Shown here: in pieces, positions 32,619 to 41,957 of the stretch | How the letters are laid out: each line of letters begins with the position of its first letter | Position numbering within the stretch: position 1 is the first letter of the stretch | DNA from: Spirochaetia bacterium | GTDB lineage: Bacteria > Spirochaetota > Spirochaetia > SZUA-6 > Bin103 | Length of the DNA: 64,000 nucleotides | Direction of reading: 5' to 3' | Assembly (NCBI GenBank): GCA_965199955.1 | Contig: CBDATQ010000001.1 | Coordinates: 992,001 to 1,056,000 of the forward strand | Made by a program: the position numbers and the translations under genes | The notes under the pieces: generated by a model | Seen by the model: the letters and a program-made list of their open reading frames with translations, nothing else | Database searches by the model: none | What the model was told of the DNA's origin: nothing

Positions 32619-34259
32619 TCAGGACAGGACGCCGACAGTGGGGCCGAAGCTGTCCTGGTAGGGCTGCGGGTCGACGCGCACGTCGATCAGTGTGGCGACG
32701 TCGGCCGCCAGCGCCGCGGCCAGCTCGCGGCGCAGCGTCTCAGGGTCGTAGACCGTGGCGCCGCGCAGGCCGCTGGCGCGCGCGATCGCGGCGTAGTCGA
32801 CCGGTGCGAACTGCAGGGAGTAAGGGTCGAGGCCGCGCGTCTTCTGCCGGGAGCGGATGGTGCCGTGAGCCTGGTCGTTGATGATCAGCAGCGGCACCGC
32901 CGCGCCGGTGCGGGCGAAGGTCTCCAGCTCTCCCAGGCGCATCAGCAGGCTGCCGTCGCCGCCGATGCCGAGCACCGGGGTGTCGGGGCGGGCCAGCTTG
33001 GCGCCCAGCGCCGCCGGCACGGTCAGGCCCATCGTGCGCGCGCCGCCGGAGCCGAAGAAGGTGTCCGGCCGCGTGACCGGCCACAGATGGTCGAGCATGA
33101 CGATGAAGACCCCGGTCTCCGAGACCATGATGCCGTCCTCGGGGAGCAGTTCGCGGGCGATCTCTACCGCGTCCTGGGCGGCCAGGCGGGCTTCCGGCGG
33201 CCGGGCAAAGCAGCGCGCCAGGATGTCGGCACGGATGGCGGCCACGCGCTCGGTCGGGTACCCCTCGTCGGTGCGTGCGGGCAGGGCGGCTGTCAGGGCC
33301 GGGAGCGAGGCGGCCAGATCACCGTCGACGCGCACGGTTGCCGGCGACACGATCTCGAAGTCGGGCCGCGCCGCCAACTCACAGGTCGGGATTCCCAGCG
33401 TGCTGTCCCACGTGCCCTCCACGGACAGGCCGTCGACGCCGATCAGCAGCGCGCCGTCCGCCTCGGCCAGGATGCGGTTGGCCAGGATGTTCGGCCCCGG
33501 TAACGCCATGAACACGCCGGCGAAGCGGGGATCGTCCTCGGGCACCGTGCCGCGCGCGTGGAAGCCGTGCAGGACCGCCGGCCGCATGCGGTCGATCAGC
33601 GCACGCACCGCCCCGGATGCGCCGGCCAGGGCGATGTCCGGGCCCAGGATGACCACCGGCCGCCGCCAGCCCGAGACCAGCCTCGCCGCCCGAGCGATCG
33701 CCGCGTCGTCGGGCGGCGGTCCGTCCAGCCGAGGCTCCGTCCGCTCGGTGGGGCCGCTGCCGGCATCGTTCTGCGCCTGGTCGGACGGCAACTGCAGCAG
33801 CGCCGGCCCGGGACGTCCGCCCGCGGCGGCGGCGAAAGCGGCGTCGATGGTGCGGCCCGCATCGCCGGCCGTGTCGACCTGGAGGGTGGCGTTCGACACC
33901 GCGGCGAACAGCGGCTCCTGCTCGCACACCTGGGACATTTCGTTGCGCGCGCCGCTTCCGATGCGCTCGCACAGGCAGACCACCGGCATGCGCTCGAAGA
34001 ACGCGTTGACCGCGCCGGCGGCCAGGTTGCCGGCGCCCGCGCCCTTGATGCCGATCGCCAGACCCGCGCCGCCGCGCAGGTAGCCGTAGTAGGCGGCCGT
34101 GATGGCTGCGCTCGACTCGTGGCCCATCAGCACCAGGTCCATCCCGACGTGGCGTCCGGCCTCCATCAGGTCCATCAGCGCCCCGGATCCGGGCAGCCCG
34201 AAGTAGAGCTCCAGCCCCTCCTGTCGCGCGCGGTCGGCGATCCTCTCGGCGATGGTCAT
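32619..34259 (-). CDS. Thiamine-diphosphate enzyme (acetolactate synthase-like)
   Basis: FGLPG, catalytic HE, RPGP, GDGSLLM...IND motif. Confidence 0.88.
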   Translation of the reverse strand: MTIAERIADRARQEGLELYFGLPGSGALMDLMEAGRHVGMDLVLMGHESSAAITAAYYGYLRGGAGLAIGIKGAGAGNLAAGAVNAFFERMPVVCLCERIGSGARNEMSQVCEQEPLFAAVSNATLQVDTAGDAGRTIDAAFAAAAGGRPGPALLQLPSDQAQNDAGSGPTERTEPRLDGPPPDDAAIARAARLVSGWRRPVVILGPDIALAGASGAVRALIDRMRPAVLHGFHARGTVPEDDPRFAGVFMALPGPNILANRILAEADGALLIGVDGLSVEGTWDSTLGIPTCELAARPDFEIVSPATVRVDGDLAASLPALTAALPARTDEGYPTERVAAIRADILARCFARPPEARLAAQDAVEIARELLPEDGIMVSETGVFIVMLDHLWPVTRPDTFFGSGGARTMGLTVPAALGAKLARPDTPVLGIGGDGSLLMRLGELETFARTGAAVPLLIINDQAHGTIRSRQKTRGLDPYSLQFAPVDYAAIARASGLRGATVYDPETLRRELAAALAADVATLIDVRVDPQPYQDSFGPTVGVLS

Positions 34260-34282
34260 CGTGGCGCCCTCCAGGGGCGATG

Positions 34283-35098
34283 TTAGACCACGATGTCCTT
34301 GCGCCGGTACCGGATCGCGGAGGCGGTCAGCAGCACGGCCGTGCCCAGCAGGAAGTAGGCGAGCCGGCCGATGGTGAGAACGTAGTCGGGGTCCAGGACC
34401 GACACGTCGAGGAACCGGTAGGGGCTCAGATAACCGATCAGCCGCGCCTTCTCGGTGGTCTTCGAGATGGCGTCCACGAAGAAGCCGCCGAGCGCGATGG
34501 CGACCGCGACGCCGGTCATGCTTCGGCCACGTCGCACCGCGGCCGACAGCAGCAGGCCCAAGGCGGCCAGCAGCGCGGTCAGCAGCAGCACGTACACGTC
34601 GTAGATGAACAGGGCGCGCAGATCGACGGGGTCCGGGCTGAAGCCGGTGACCGCGGCGGCCGACACGGCGAACGTCACGGCGTTGAAGGCGACCACGTAG
34701 ACGTAGGCGGCGGCGGTCTTGCCCGCCCACACCTGCAGGCGCGACAGCGGCTGGGCCAGCAGGAACTCGGCCGTGCGGTCGCGCTCTTCCTTGAGCAGCA
34801 GGTTGGCGCCCAGCGAGGCGGCGAAGATGCCGCCCAGGATGGTGATCACGATGCCGCTCTCGGTGACATGGAAACCGAGCGGCGTCACGAACATCGCCGC
34901 GTCCTCGATGTTGAGCGCCTTGAGCAACCCCTCGGGATAGGCTTCCAGCATGCCGGCAAACGTGTCGCCGGACTCGGCGATCGACGGGAGGAACAGCGAG
35001 TAGAGCACCACCAGGCCGGCGATGATGCCGGTCCAGGCGATCGCCTGCCGGCGGTTGCGGCGCAACTCGTGCGTGAACAGGTGCCAGGCCGGACTCAT
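34283..35098 (-). CDS. ABC-2 type permease
   Basis: 6 TM helices; KEERDRTAEFLLAQPLSR; ends RRKDI. Confidence 0.88.
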   Translation of the reverse strand: MSPAWHLFTHELRRNRRQAIAWTGIIAGLVVLYSLFLPSIAESGDTFAGMLEAYPEGLLKALNIEDAAMFVTPLGFHVTESGIVITILGGIFAASLGANLLLKEERDRTAEFLLAQPLSRLQVWAGKTAAAYVYVVAFNAVTFAVSAAAVTGFSPDPVDLRALFIYDVYVLLLTALLAALGLLLSAAVRRGRSMTGVAVAIALGGFFVDAISKTTEKARLIGYLSPYRFLDVSVLDPDYVLTIGRLAYFLLGTAVLLTASAIRYRRKDIVV

Positions 35099-36006
35099 GC
35101 GGGGTCCTCCGCCGCATCGGCGGCCCCATCCTCCGCGTCACTGCCGTAGTAATGCAGGAACACGTCGTCCAGGGTCGGATCCTCGATCGTCACGTCGACC
35201 ACGCGGCGCCTGGTCAACATGGCGAGCAGGGCGCGCGGCGGTCCGGTGAAGTCGAAGCGCGCGCTGTCGGCATCCACGCTCAGGTTCGCGACGCCGTCGA
35301 TGGCCAGCGCCCGCGCGGGCGGCTCACCGGGGAAGACGGCGCGCACCCGCTTGAGGTGGCGCTGGCGGAGCGTTTCGATCTCCGCCACCTCGACGATGCG
35401 CCCGCTGCGGACGATCGCCACGCGCCGGCACATGCGCTGCACCTCGTCCAGCACGTGGGAGGAGAAAAAGACGGTGGCGCCGCGCCGGTGCTCCTCGCGC
35501 AGCAGGTCGAACAGCACGCCCTGCATCAGCGGGTCCAGACCGGCGCTCGGCTCGTCCAGGATCACCAGCTCCGGTCGGTGCTGCAGCGCCAGCACGACGG
35601 CCAGCTTCTTGCGGTTGCCGGTGGACAGCTCGTCCGCCTTGCGCTGCAAGTCCAGGTCCAGGCGGCCTGCCACCTCCCGGCCCCGGTCCGGGTCCATCCC
35701 GTGCATGCGGCTGGCCAGGCGGAGGATCGCCTCGCCGGTCATGCCGCCGTAGAAGCCGATCTCCGCGGGGATGTAGCCCAGCCGGCGGCGGATGTCGATA
35801 CCGCGGCTGGTCACGTCCAGCCCGAACACCGTGGCGCTGCCGCGCGTCGGCCGCAGCAGCCCGAGCAGGGTGCGGATCGTCGTGGACTTGCCCGCGCCGT
35901 TGGGCCCGATGAAACCGAAGAACTCGCCGGCCTCAACGCTCAGATCCAGCCCGTCGATCCCGCGCGTGCGGCCGTAGTACTTGGTCAGCCCGGTTGTTTC
36001 TATCAC
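35095..36006 (-). CDS. ABC-2 type ATPase
   Basis: GPNGAGKS, LSTGN, ILDEP, SSH. Confidence 0.92.
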   Translation of the reverse strand: MIETTGLTKYYGRTRGIDGLDLSVEAGEFFGFIGPNGAGKSTTIRTLLGLLRPTRGSATVFGLDVTSRGIDIRRRLGYIPAEIGFYGGMTGEAILRLASRMHGMDPDRGREVAGRLDLDLQRKADELSTGNRKKLAVVLALQHRPELVILDEPSAGLDPLMQGVLFDLLREEHRRGATVFFSSHVLDEVQRMCRRVAIVRSGRIVEVAEIETLRQRHLKRVRAVFPGEPPARALAIDGVANLSVDADSARFDFTGPPRALLAMLTRRRVVDVTIEDPTLDDVFLHYYGSDAEDGAADAAEDPA

Positions 36007-36011
36007 AGGTA

Positions 36012-36054
36012 ATTTTGATTCATCAAAATACCGGATTTACCATCCCAAGGTAAA
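36012..36054. promoter_or_regulatory. AT-rich palindromic operator sites in a divergent promoter
   Basis: ATTTTGAT-TC-ATCAAAAT (36012-36029) and TTTACC-N7-GGTAAA (36036-36054). Confidence 0.6.
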
Positions 36055-36138
36055 CCGACAGTTTCGTTGTTTCAGACGGCTGCTCGCATGCGAACGCTAA
36101 GCTTGATGCCTGGGTCTGCCGTTGATTAAAGCTGACAC

Positions 36139-36561
36139 ATGAATCAGAGGTCATCCAGACCCGGACGCATCATCGCGCTCGTTGTGGTCGTTGCCGTGGC
36201 TGCGATCATCGTGTACCTCGCGATACGCGACAGCGGGACGGCACCGCCCGAACCGGTTGCGGAGGAAGTCGCCGAGGAACAGGAGCCGGCCCAGGAACAG
36301 GAGCCGGCCCAGGAGCAGGAGCCGGCCCAGGAGCAGCCGGCAACCGACGAGCGAGAGGCTGCCGAGGAGGCGCCGGCCGCCGAATCGGAAGAGCAGGAGG
36401 CAGGCACCGCGGACCAGCCGGCTGCCGAGGAGGCGCCCGCCGAGCAGCCGGCGGCCGGACAAGGGGCACAAGAGTCGGAATCCGAGTCACAGGTCAGCGG
36501 TCCGATTACTCAGGGTCAAGGAGGGGCTCAAGACGAGGAGCCCCCGTCCGTCGAGAAATAG
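36139..36561 (+). CDS. Single-pass membrane protein with acidic low-complexity tail
   Basis: N-terminal TM helix followed by an E/Q/A/P-rich region. Confidence 0.65.
   Translation: MNQRSSRPGRIIALVVVVAVAAIIVYLAIRDSGTAPPEPVAEEVAEEQEPAQEQEPAQEQEPAQEQPATDEREAAEEAPAAESEEQEAGTADQPAAEEAPAEQPAAGQGAQESESESQVSGPITQGQGGAQDEEPPSVEK
36280..36333 (+). repeat. 18-bp tandem repeat x3 (QEPAQE)
   Basis: CAGGAGCCGGCCCAGGAR three times in tandem. Confidence 0.9.
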
Positions 36562-36791
36562 TCTGTCTTCGTGGTCGGCTTGCGCGCCACCGGGATCCCC
36601 AGCGCGCGCGGGCCGATCGACGTGGGTTGGCCGGCATGTTCAAGCGAGGCGTGATCCTGCCGTCGCTCTGCCGCGCCTCGGTCCGGTTCACCGCACCGTC
36701 GTCTCTCCGGGATCCCTGAGGTCATCCGGGATCACGGCCAGTCGGAACACTTGCCGAAGGGTGTCTCGGCTGGGGGGCGTCTCAAGCACGC

Positions 36792-37232
36792 CTACCGTCC
36801 CGCGACGGCGTCTACATATTCCTTGACGATCATCAGGTCTTCAAACAGACCGTTCGACAACAGTGCCAGCGGAGACTTCCCGCTCAGCAACGAGTGTGGC
36901 TCTCGCAGCCACTCGTTTTCGACATCCAGATCGCGGAACAGGGAGCGCAGGGTCGCCCGGATCGCATACAGATATGCGATCCGGGCTCGAACATCCCGTC
37001 CGCGCAAGGACTCGCGTCCGTCAAGAGCGGCGTCTACGTGGTCCGCGTCGGACTGGTCGAAGCCGAGGAGACCGACGACTTGGTACCTCTCCAAGCTCCA
37101 GAACTCCATCAGCTTCAAGACGAACTGGACCGGCCCCGTGAGCCTCTCTCTCGACGTCTGGCGCGTCAAGCGTTCCCGAATCTCATAATCGCCGCCCGAT
37201 TGAGCCAAAGCCTCGCGGCGTTCCGCATCCAC
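36792..37232 (-). CDS. Xre/MbcA/ParS-family antitoxin
   Basis: C-terminal LF....ENEWLREPHSLLSGKSPLALL...V..YVD pattern. Confidence 0.75.
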   Translation of the reverse strand: MDAERREALAQSGGDYEIRERLTRQTSRERLTGPVQFVLKLMEFWSLERYQVVGLLGFDQSDADHVDAALDGRESLRGRDVRARIAYLYAIRATLRSLFRDLDVENEWLREPHSLLSGKSPLALLSNGLFEDLMIVKEYVDAVAGR

Positions 37233-37670
37233 CGGCGGCGCCAGATATCACGGCAACGCCACGTGTGGCGGACCATGGCCACATAAAGGTGCCGCTCTCG
37301 GTGATGCGTCGCAGGCCTGCCTTCATCATGTCGTCGCGCCCGATGTGAGTCCGTGTTCGCGGGGAGCTGAGACGACGAATCCTGAACGGAGGTGGCTCGA
37401 TGTCAGTGACGAGACATGAGTCTCCGGTTGAATCTCCATATAGTCTTCACCGAGCATGCGTGACTCACCGTCGCCGGTACGTGTGGGCGTGCCGATCGGC
37501 TGACATACTGGAATTGTCGCTCGGCTCCGTCAAGGAGTTGATGGGCGCGTGATGCGTCGATGCAGCGAGGTTTGGGAGGAGTGACCGAAGGATCTCGTGG
37601 TTTGACGGTGTTCGGGCACGCCCATACCATGATCGGCAGCCGTCCCCGGTAGACGATACGTGCCCACCAC

Positions 37671-38936
37671 ATGAGCATCCTTCAATCCGACAGCGCTCTG
37701 CGTGCGCACGCACCGCTCGACGTCGTGGTGGTGGGCGCCGGCATGTTTACCCGTGATGTCATCCTGCCGTCGCTCTACCACCTGCAGCGGAGCGGCGAAG
37801 TGGGCTCCATCTCGCTCGCGGCCACCAGCACCGCCCGGCTGGCGCCGTTGGCCTCCGACGAGGAGCTCGCGGAGGCGTTCCCCGGCCAGGGGTTCACGGC
37901 GTACCCCGGCGTCGCAGACGCCGGCCGCGACCCGCGGGCGTACCTGCGCGCCCTGGCTGCGCTGGCCCCGCAGCAGCTTGTCTTCGTGGCCGTGCCCGAT
38001 CACCTGCATCACGAGATCATCCTCGACGCGCTGCAGCGCGACCAGCACGTCTACAGCGTCAAGCCGCTGGTGCAGCGGTACGAGCAGGGCCGCCAGATCG
38101 GCGAGCTTGCCGCCGAGCGCGGACTGTTCGTGGGGATCGACTACCACAAGCGCTTCGACCGCCGCTCTCTGGTCGCCCGCCGCCAGTACGGGCGCGGCGA
38201 CTTCGGGCAGTTCGCCTACGGCGAGGCCAGGCTGTTCGAGCCCTACTTCTACCGCCACTCGAACTTCCAGAACTGGTTCACCTGCGACAACAGCGACCCG
38301 TTCACCTACGTGGGCTGCCACTACGTGGACCTGGTGTACTTCATCACCGGCCTGCGTCCCGTGGCGGTCAGCGCCGCCGGCGCCACCGGCGCCTTTCCCA
38401 ACGGCAACACCGGCTACCTGTGGGCGCATGGACGGGTGCACTGGGAGAACGGCGCGATCCTGTCGGTGAGCGCCGGACTGGGCTATCCGGACGCCGGCGC
38501 CGGCTCCAATGATCAGGGGATGACGCTGTATTGCGAGGGAGACGGCTGTACCGGGCTCATCGACCACGACGACCAGGACCGCGGCGTCGAGTACGCCTAC
38601 GTGGCGGCGACCGGTCCGGGCGGCAGCCGGTTCAACTTTGTCAGTCCCGATTTCTTCCGGCTGGCGCCGCGGGAGGGCGCCGGCGCGGACGCGATCGGCT
38701 ACGGCTACGAGTCGATGGCCGCCGCCGTGCAGGCGGTGCGCGCGCTCCGCGACCTCCCGGTGGACGGGCGGCGCGCCCGCCTGCAGGAGATCGACCGGAA
38801 CGGCCTGATCGCCACGCCGTTCAACAGCGGCATCAACGAGCTGGTCGTGGAGGCTGCTCGGCAGTCGCTGGCGTCCGCCGGGGCCGCGGTCCACATCAGC
38901 TACGAGGGGACGCCGGGGGTCATCGATGGCTGCTGA
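37671..38936 (+). CDS. Gfo/Idh/MocA oxidoreductase
   Basis: VVGAG, VAVPDHLH, VKP, YHKRFD, GCHYVD. Confidence 0.88.
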   Translation: MSILQSDSALRAHAPLDVVVVGAGMFTRDVILPSLYHLQRSGEVGSISLAATSTARLAPLASDEELAEAFPGQGFTAYPGVADAGRDPRAYLRALAALAPQQLVFVAVPDHLHHEIILDALQRDQHVYSVKPLVQRYEQGRQIGELAAERGLFVGIDYHKRFDRRSLVARRQYGRGDFGQFAYGEARLFEPYFYRHSNFQNWFTCDNSDPFTYVGCHYVDLVYFITGLRPVAVSAAGATGAFPNGNTGYLWAHGRVHWENGAILSVSAGLGYPDAGAGSNDQGMTLYCEGDGCTGLIDHDDQDRGVEYAYVAATGPGGSRFNFVSPDFFRLAPREGAGADAIGYGYESMAAAVQAVRALRDLPVDGRRARLQEIDRNGLIATPFNSGINELVVEAARQSLASAGAAVHISYEGTPGVIDGC

Positions 38937-40344
38937 GTTCTCGCTGGAACCGGTGGCGGTCCCGCCGGTGCACACCAGTCACCGCCGCATCTGCACGCCG
39001 TTGCCGGTGCCGGAGTCGCTTCCCGTGCTGGAGCGGCTGCGCGCGGCCGAGCCGCGCGCCATGGCCGGGCAACCCCCAATCGTCTGGGACCGCGCCGACG
39101 GTTTCCAGGTGTCCGACCGCTGGGGCAACACCTGGATCGACTGGTCGTCGGGCGTCCTGATCGCCAACGCCGGCCACGGCCGCCGCGAGATTCGCGACGC
39201 CGTGACCGACGCGGTGTCGCGCCCGCTGCTGTCCGCCTACGTGTTCCCGCACGAACGGCGTGCGCGGCTCGCCGCCCGCCTGCAGGCCCTCGCCCCCGAC
39301 CCCGACAACTACACCGTGTTCGTGGTCACCACCGGCAGCGAAGCCAACGAGGCGGCCATCAAGCTCGCCAAGACCCACGGGCTTCGCCGGCACGGGCCGG
39401 CCAAGCGGGTGATCGTCTCCTTCCGCAATGCGTTCCACGGCCGCACGATGGGCGCGCAGCTCGCCGGCGGCATGGCCGCCCAGCACGAGTGGCTGAACGG
39501 GGAGGGGGCGACCTTCCTCCGCGTGCCGTTCCCGGACGGGTTCAAGAACCCGGACACCTCCTTCGAGGGATTTCTGGCCGCGATCGCCGAGTCCGGCGTC
39601 GAGCCCGCCGAGATCGCCGGCATCATCGCCGAGTCGTACCAGGGGGTCGGCCCGGACTTCCTGCCCGCGGCGTACGCGCAGGCGCTGTGCGCCTTCGCGG
39701 CCGAGCACGACATCGTCACCATCTTCGACGAGGTGCAGTCCGGCTTCGGGCGCACCGGCCGCATGTTCTGCTTCGAGCACTACGGCGTCACGCCGGACCT
39801 GATCACGTGCGGCAAGGGCATCACCTCCAGCCTGCCGCTGGCGGCGGTGATCGGCCGGCGCGACATCATGGACGTGTACCCGCCGGGGTCGATGACCTCC
39901 ACGCACTCCGGCAACCCGATCGGCGTGGCGGCCGCGCTGGCCAACCTCGACCTCATCGAGCGTGAGCACTTGGTGGAGCGGGCGGAGGCGCTCGGGCGCA
40001 TTCTGATGGAGGAGCTGGCCCGGATCGTCGCGCCGCACTCGTCGGCGCTGGCGTGCCTGACCGGCCGCGGGCTGGTCGCCGGCATCCAGGTGATGCGCCC
40101 CGGATCCGGGCCGGCCGGCACGAGGGAGCCCGACGCCGCCACGGCGGCGGCCATCGTCCAGGCCTGCTACCGGCGGGGCCTGCTGATGTTCGCGCCGGTG
40201 GGGGTGGCAGGCGAGTGCGTAAAGATCGCCCCGCCGCTGGTGATCACCGAGGAGGCGCTGCGGGAGTCGCTTGCGGTGTTTCGCGAGGCGTGCGCCGAGG
40301 TGCTGGACGGCCCCGATCCTGCTCCAGGTACGCCAGGGCGATAA
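38926..40344 (+). CDS. Class III PLP aminotransferase
   Basis: GSEANE, FHGRT, FDEVQSGFGRTG, CGKG, STHSGNP. Confidence 0.92.
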   Translation: MAAEFSLEPVAVPPVHTSHRRICTPLPVPESLPVLERLRAAEPRAMAGQPPIVWDRADGFQVSDRWGNTWIDWSSGVLIANAGHGRREIRDAVTDAVSRPLLSAYVFPHERRARLAARLQALAPDPDNYTVFVVTTGSEANEAAIKLAKTHGLRRHGPAKRVIVSFRNAFHGRTMGAQLAGGMAAQHEWLNGEGATFLRVPFPDGFKNPDTSFEGFLAAIAESGVEPAEIAGIIAESYQGVGPDFLPAAYAQALCAFAAEHDIVTIFDEVQSGFGRTGRMFCFEHYGVTPDLITCGKGITSSLPLAAVIGRRDIMDVYPPGSMTSTHSGNPIGVAAALANLDLIEREHLVERAEALGRILMEELARIVAPHSSALACLTGRGLVAGIQVMRPGSGPAGTREPDAATAAAIVQACYRRGLLMFAPVGVAGECVKIAPPLVITEEALRESLAVFREACAEVLDGPDPAPGTPGR

Positions 40345-41539
40345 CGGCCAGCGCGCCGACCACGAGGGCCAGCACCGTCCACTGCAGCGCGGCGTCGAGT
40401 GAGGACGCGTCCGCCAGCAGCCCCGTGACCGACGCACCGATGCCTGCCGGCAACCCGCCCAACCCGATCACCAGTCCGGCGGCGACGCCGGTCGCATGCG
40501 GCCGGCGCTCCTGCGCCATGACGATGGCCACCGGCAGCGTGGCTCCGAGGGCGGCGCCGAGCACGGCCACCGCCGCCAACTGCACCGACGGCAACCCGTG
40601 GATGAAGGTCAGGTGCGCGGGGATGGTCAGGAGCGCTGCGCCCAGGAGCGTACGGGTCCGGCCGATGCGGTCGGACAGCCGGCCCCCCGACAGGCTGCCC
40701 GCCCCGACGGAGCCCATGAACAGCACCAGCGGCCAGGCCGTGGAGCCCAGCGACTCGGCGGTCCAGGTGGGCAGGAAGCTGGTGATCGAAAGCTGGAACC
40801 AGCTCCGCGACATCGCGAACACCACGATCAGGGCCAGCGGAAGGACGGGATGGATGCGACGCTCCGCACGCGGCCGCGCCGGTGACGGAAATGGCCCGGA
40901 GCCCGACTGGGCGCCGTCCGCGGCCGCGTCGCCGCCGGACGCGAGCGCCCGGGGCGCGAGCAGCCGCCACACCAGCAGCGCCGATCCCAGCCCGACCACC
41001 ACCGCCGCGCCGGTGCCGGGCAGGCCGAACAGACCGAGCGCCACGGCCATCACGGCCGGGCTCAGCGCCGAGCCCAGGTTGCCGCCCACGGAGAACAGCG
41101 ACATGGCAGCCCCGCGCCGCTGCCGTCCCTCGGGTCCGGCCGCAATGCCCGCCACGCTCATCGCACCGGCGGGATGGAACGCGCCGCCGCCGAAGCCGCC
41201 CAGCCCGGCAAGCACCAGCGCCAGCCAGTACGAACCGGTCAGACCGATGAGCCCCATGAACAGCCCCGACCACGCCAGGCTGATGACGATGATCCGCTGC
41301 GGTCCCCAGCGCTGCGCCAGCGCGCCCAGCCACGGCTGCGGCAGGGTGCCGCAGGCGGAGTGCACCAGTGCGATCAGCCCTACCTGTGTGAACGAGAGCC
41401 CCAGCAGGGGGATCAGCAGCGGGTACGTGACCGGCAGGAAGTTGTTGGTGATCTCCAGCAGCAGGTGTCCGACCGCGCCCAGCGCGATCGGCCGGCGGCT
41501 CGCGGTCACCCGCACAGCGGGTGGGTTCGCTTCGCTCAA
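40244..41539 (-). CDS. MFS transporter (Fsr-like)
   Basis: 12 TM helices; GH, QP..G, FHP, GGNLG, SDRIG; probable TTG start overlapping the VOC stop. Confidence 0.82.
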   Translation of the reverse strand: MSEANPPAVRVTASRRPIALGAVGHLLLEITNNFLPVTYPLLIPLLGLSFTQVGLIALVHSACGTLPQPWLGALAQRWGPQRIIVISLAWSGLFMGLIGLTGSYWLALVLAGLGGFGGGAFHPAGAMSVAGIAAGPEGRQRRGAAMSLFSVGGNLGSALSPAVMAVALGLFGLPGTGAAVVVGLGSALLVWRLLAPRALASGGDAAADGAQSGSGPFPSPARPRAERRIHPVLPLALIVVFAMSRSWFQLSITSFLPTWTAESLGSTAWPLVLFMGSVGAGSLSGGRLSDRIGRTRTLLGAALLTIPAHLTFIHGLPSVQLAAVAVLGAALGATLPVAIVMAQERRPHATGVAAGLVIGLGGLPAGIGASVTGLLADASSLDAALQWTVLALVVGALAVIALAYLEQDRGRPAPRRTPRETPQATPAAPPR

Positions 41540-41925
41540 GCGAGAAGCGGCTGGGTGCGCTCCACAAGCTGCAGGGCGATGCCCCACGGGTCGCGCAGGA
41601 AGATCAGCGTGTCGCCGCCGCCGGTGGCGCGCGGCTCGCCGTGAAGCTGCGCGCCGGCCGCGGCGAGCTCCCGGGCCTGCTCGACCGCGTTCGGGGAGGT
41701 GAAGGCCAGGTGCAGCACCATCGGATCCTGTGCGGCGTAGTCGGGCATGGGAGCGTCTTCGAAGCGGTACAGCTCCAGCACGGTTTCGCCATCGCCGTCG
41801 GCCAGGAAGGTGGTATGGGTAGGCGCCCCGCTCTGGCGGACGATCCGCATGCCCAGGTTGGCGACGTACCAGTCGGCGATCGCCGCGGGATCGGGGACGT
41901 TCAGCGCGATGTGTTCGATCTTCAT
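41536..41925 (-). CDS. VOC/glyoxalase family protein
   Basis: IEHIALNV, LELY, HLAF, RDPWG. Confidence 0.9.
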   Translation of the reverse strand: MKIEHIALNVPDPAAIADWYVANLGMRIVRQSGAPTHTTFLADGDGETVLELYRFEDAPMPDYAAQDPMVLHLAFTSPNAVEQARELAAAGAQLHGEPRATGGGDTLIFLRDPWGIALQLVERTQPLLA

Positions 41926-41957
41926 CGGTTCAGCAATTCCTTTTCCCGTATTCTAAC

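Noticed and set aside
32619..35141. ORF-track long N-terminal extensions (also 6047, 23922, 24792, 28317, 30415, 59984, 61411)
   Set aside because: The extensions overlap other genes out of frame; family motifs start at the downstream starts used in the features.
36280..36333. Repeats as a CRISPR array
   Set aside because: Contiguous in-frame coding repeats without spacers; no cas genes.
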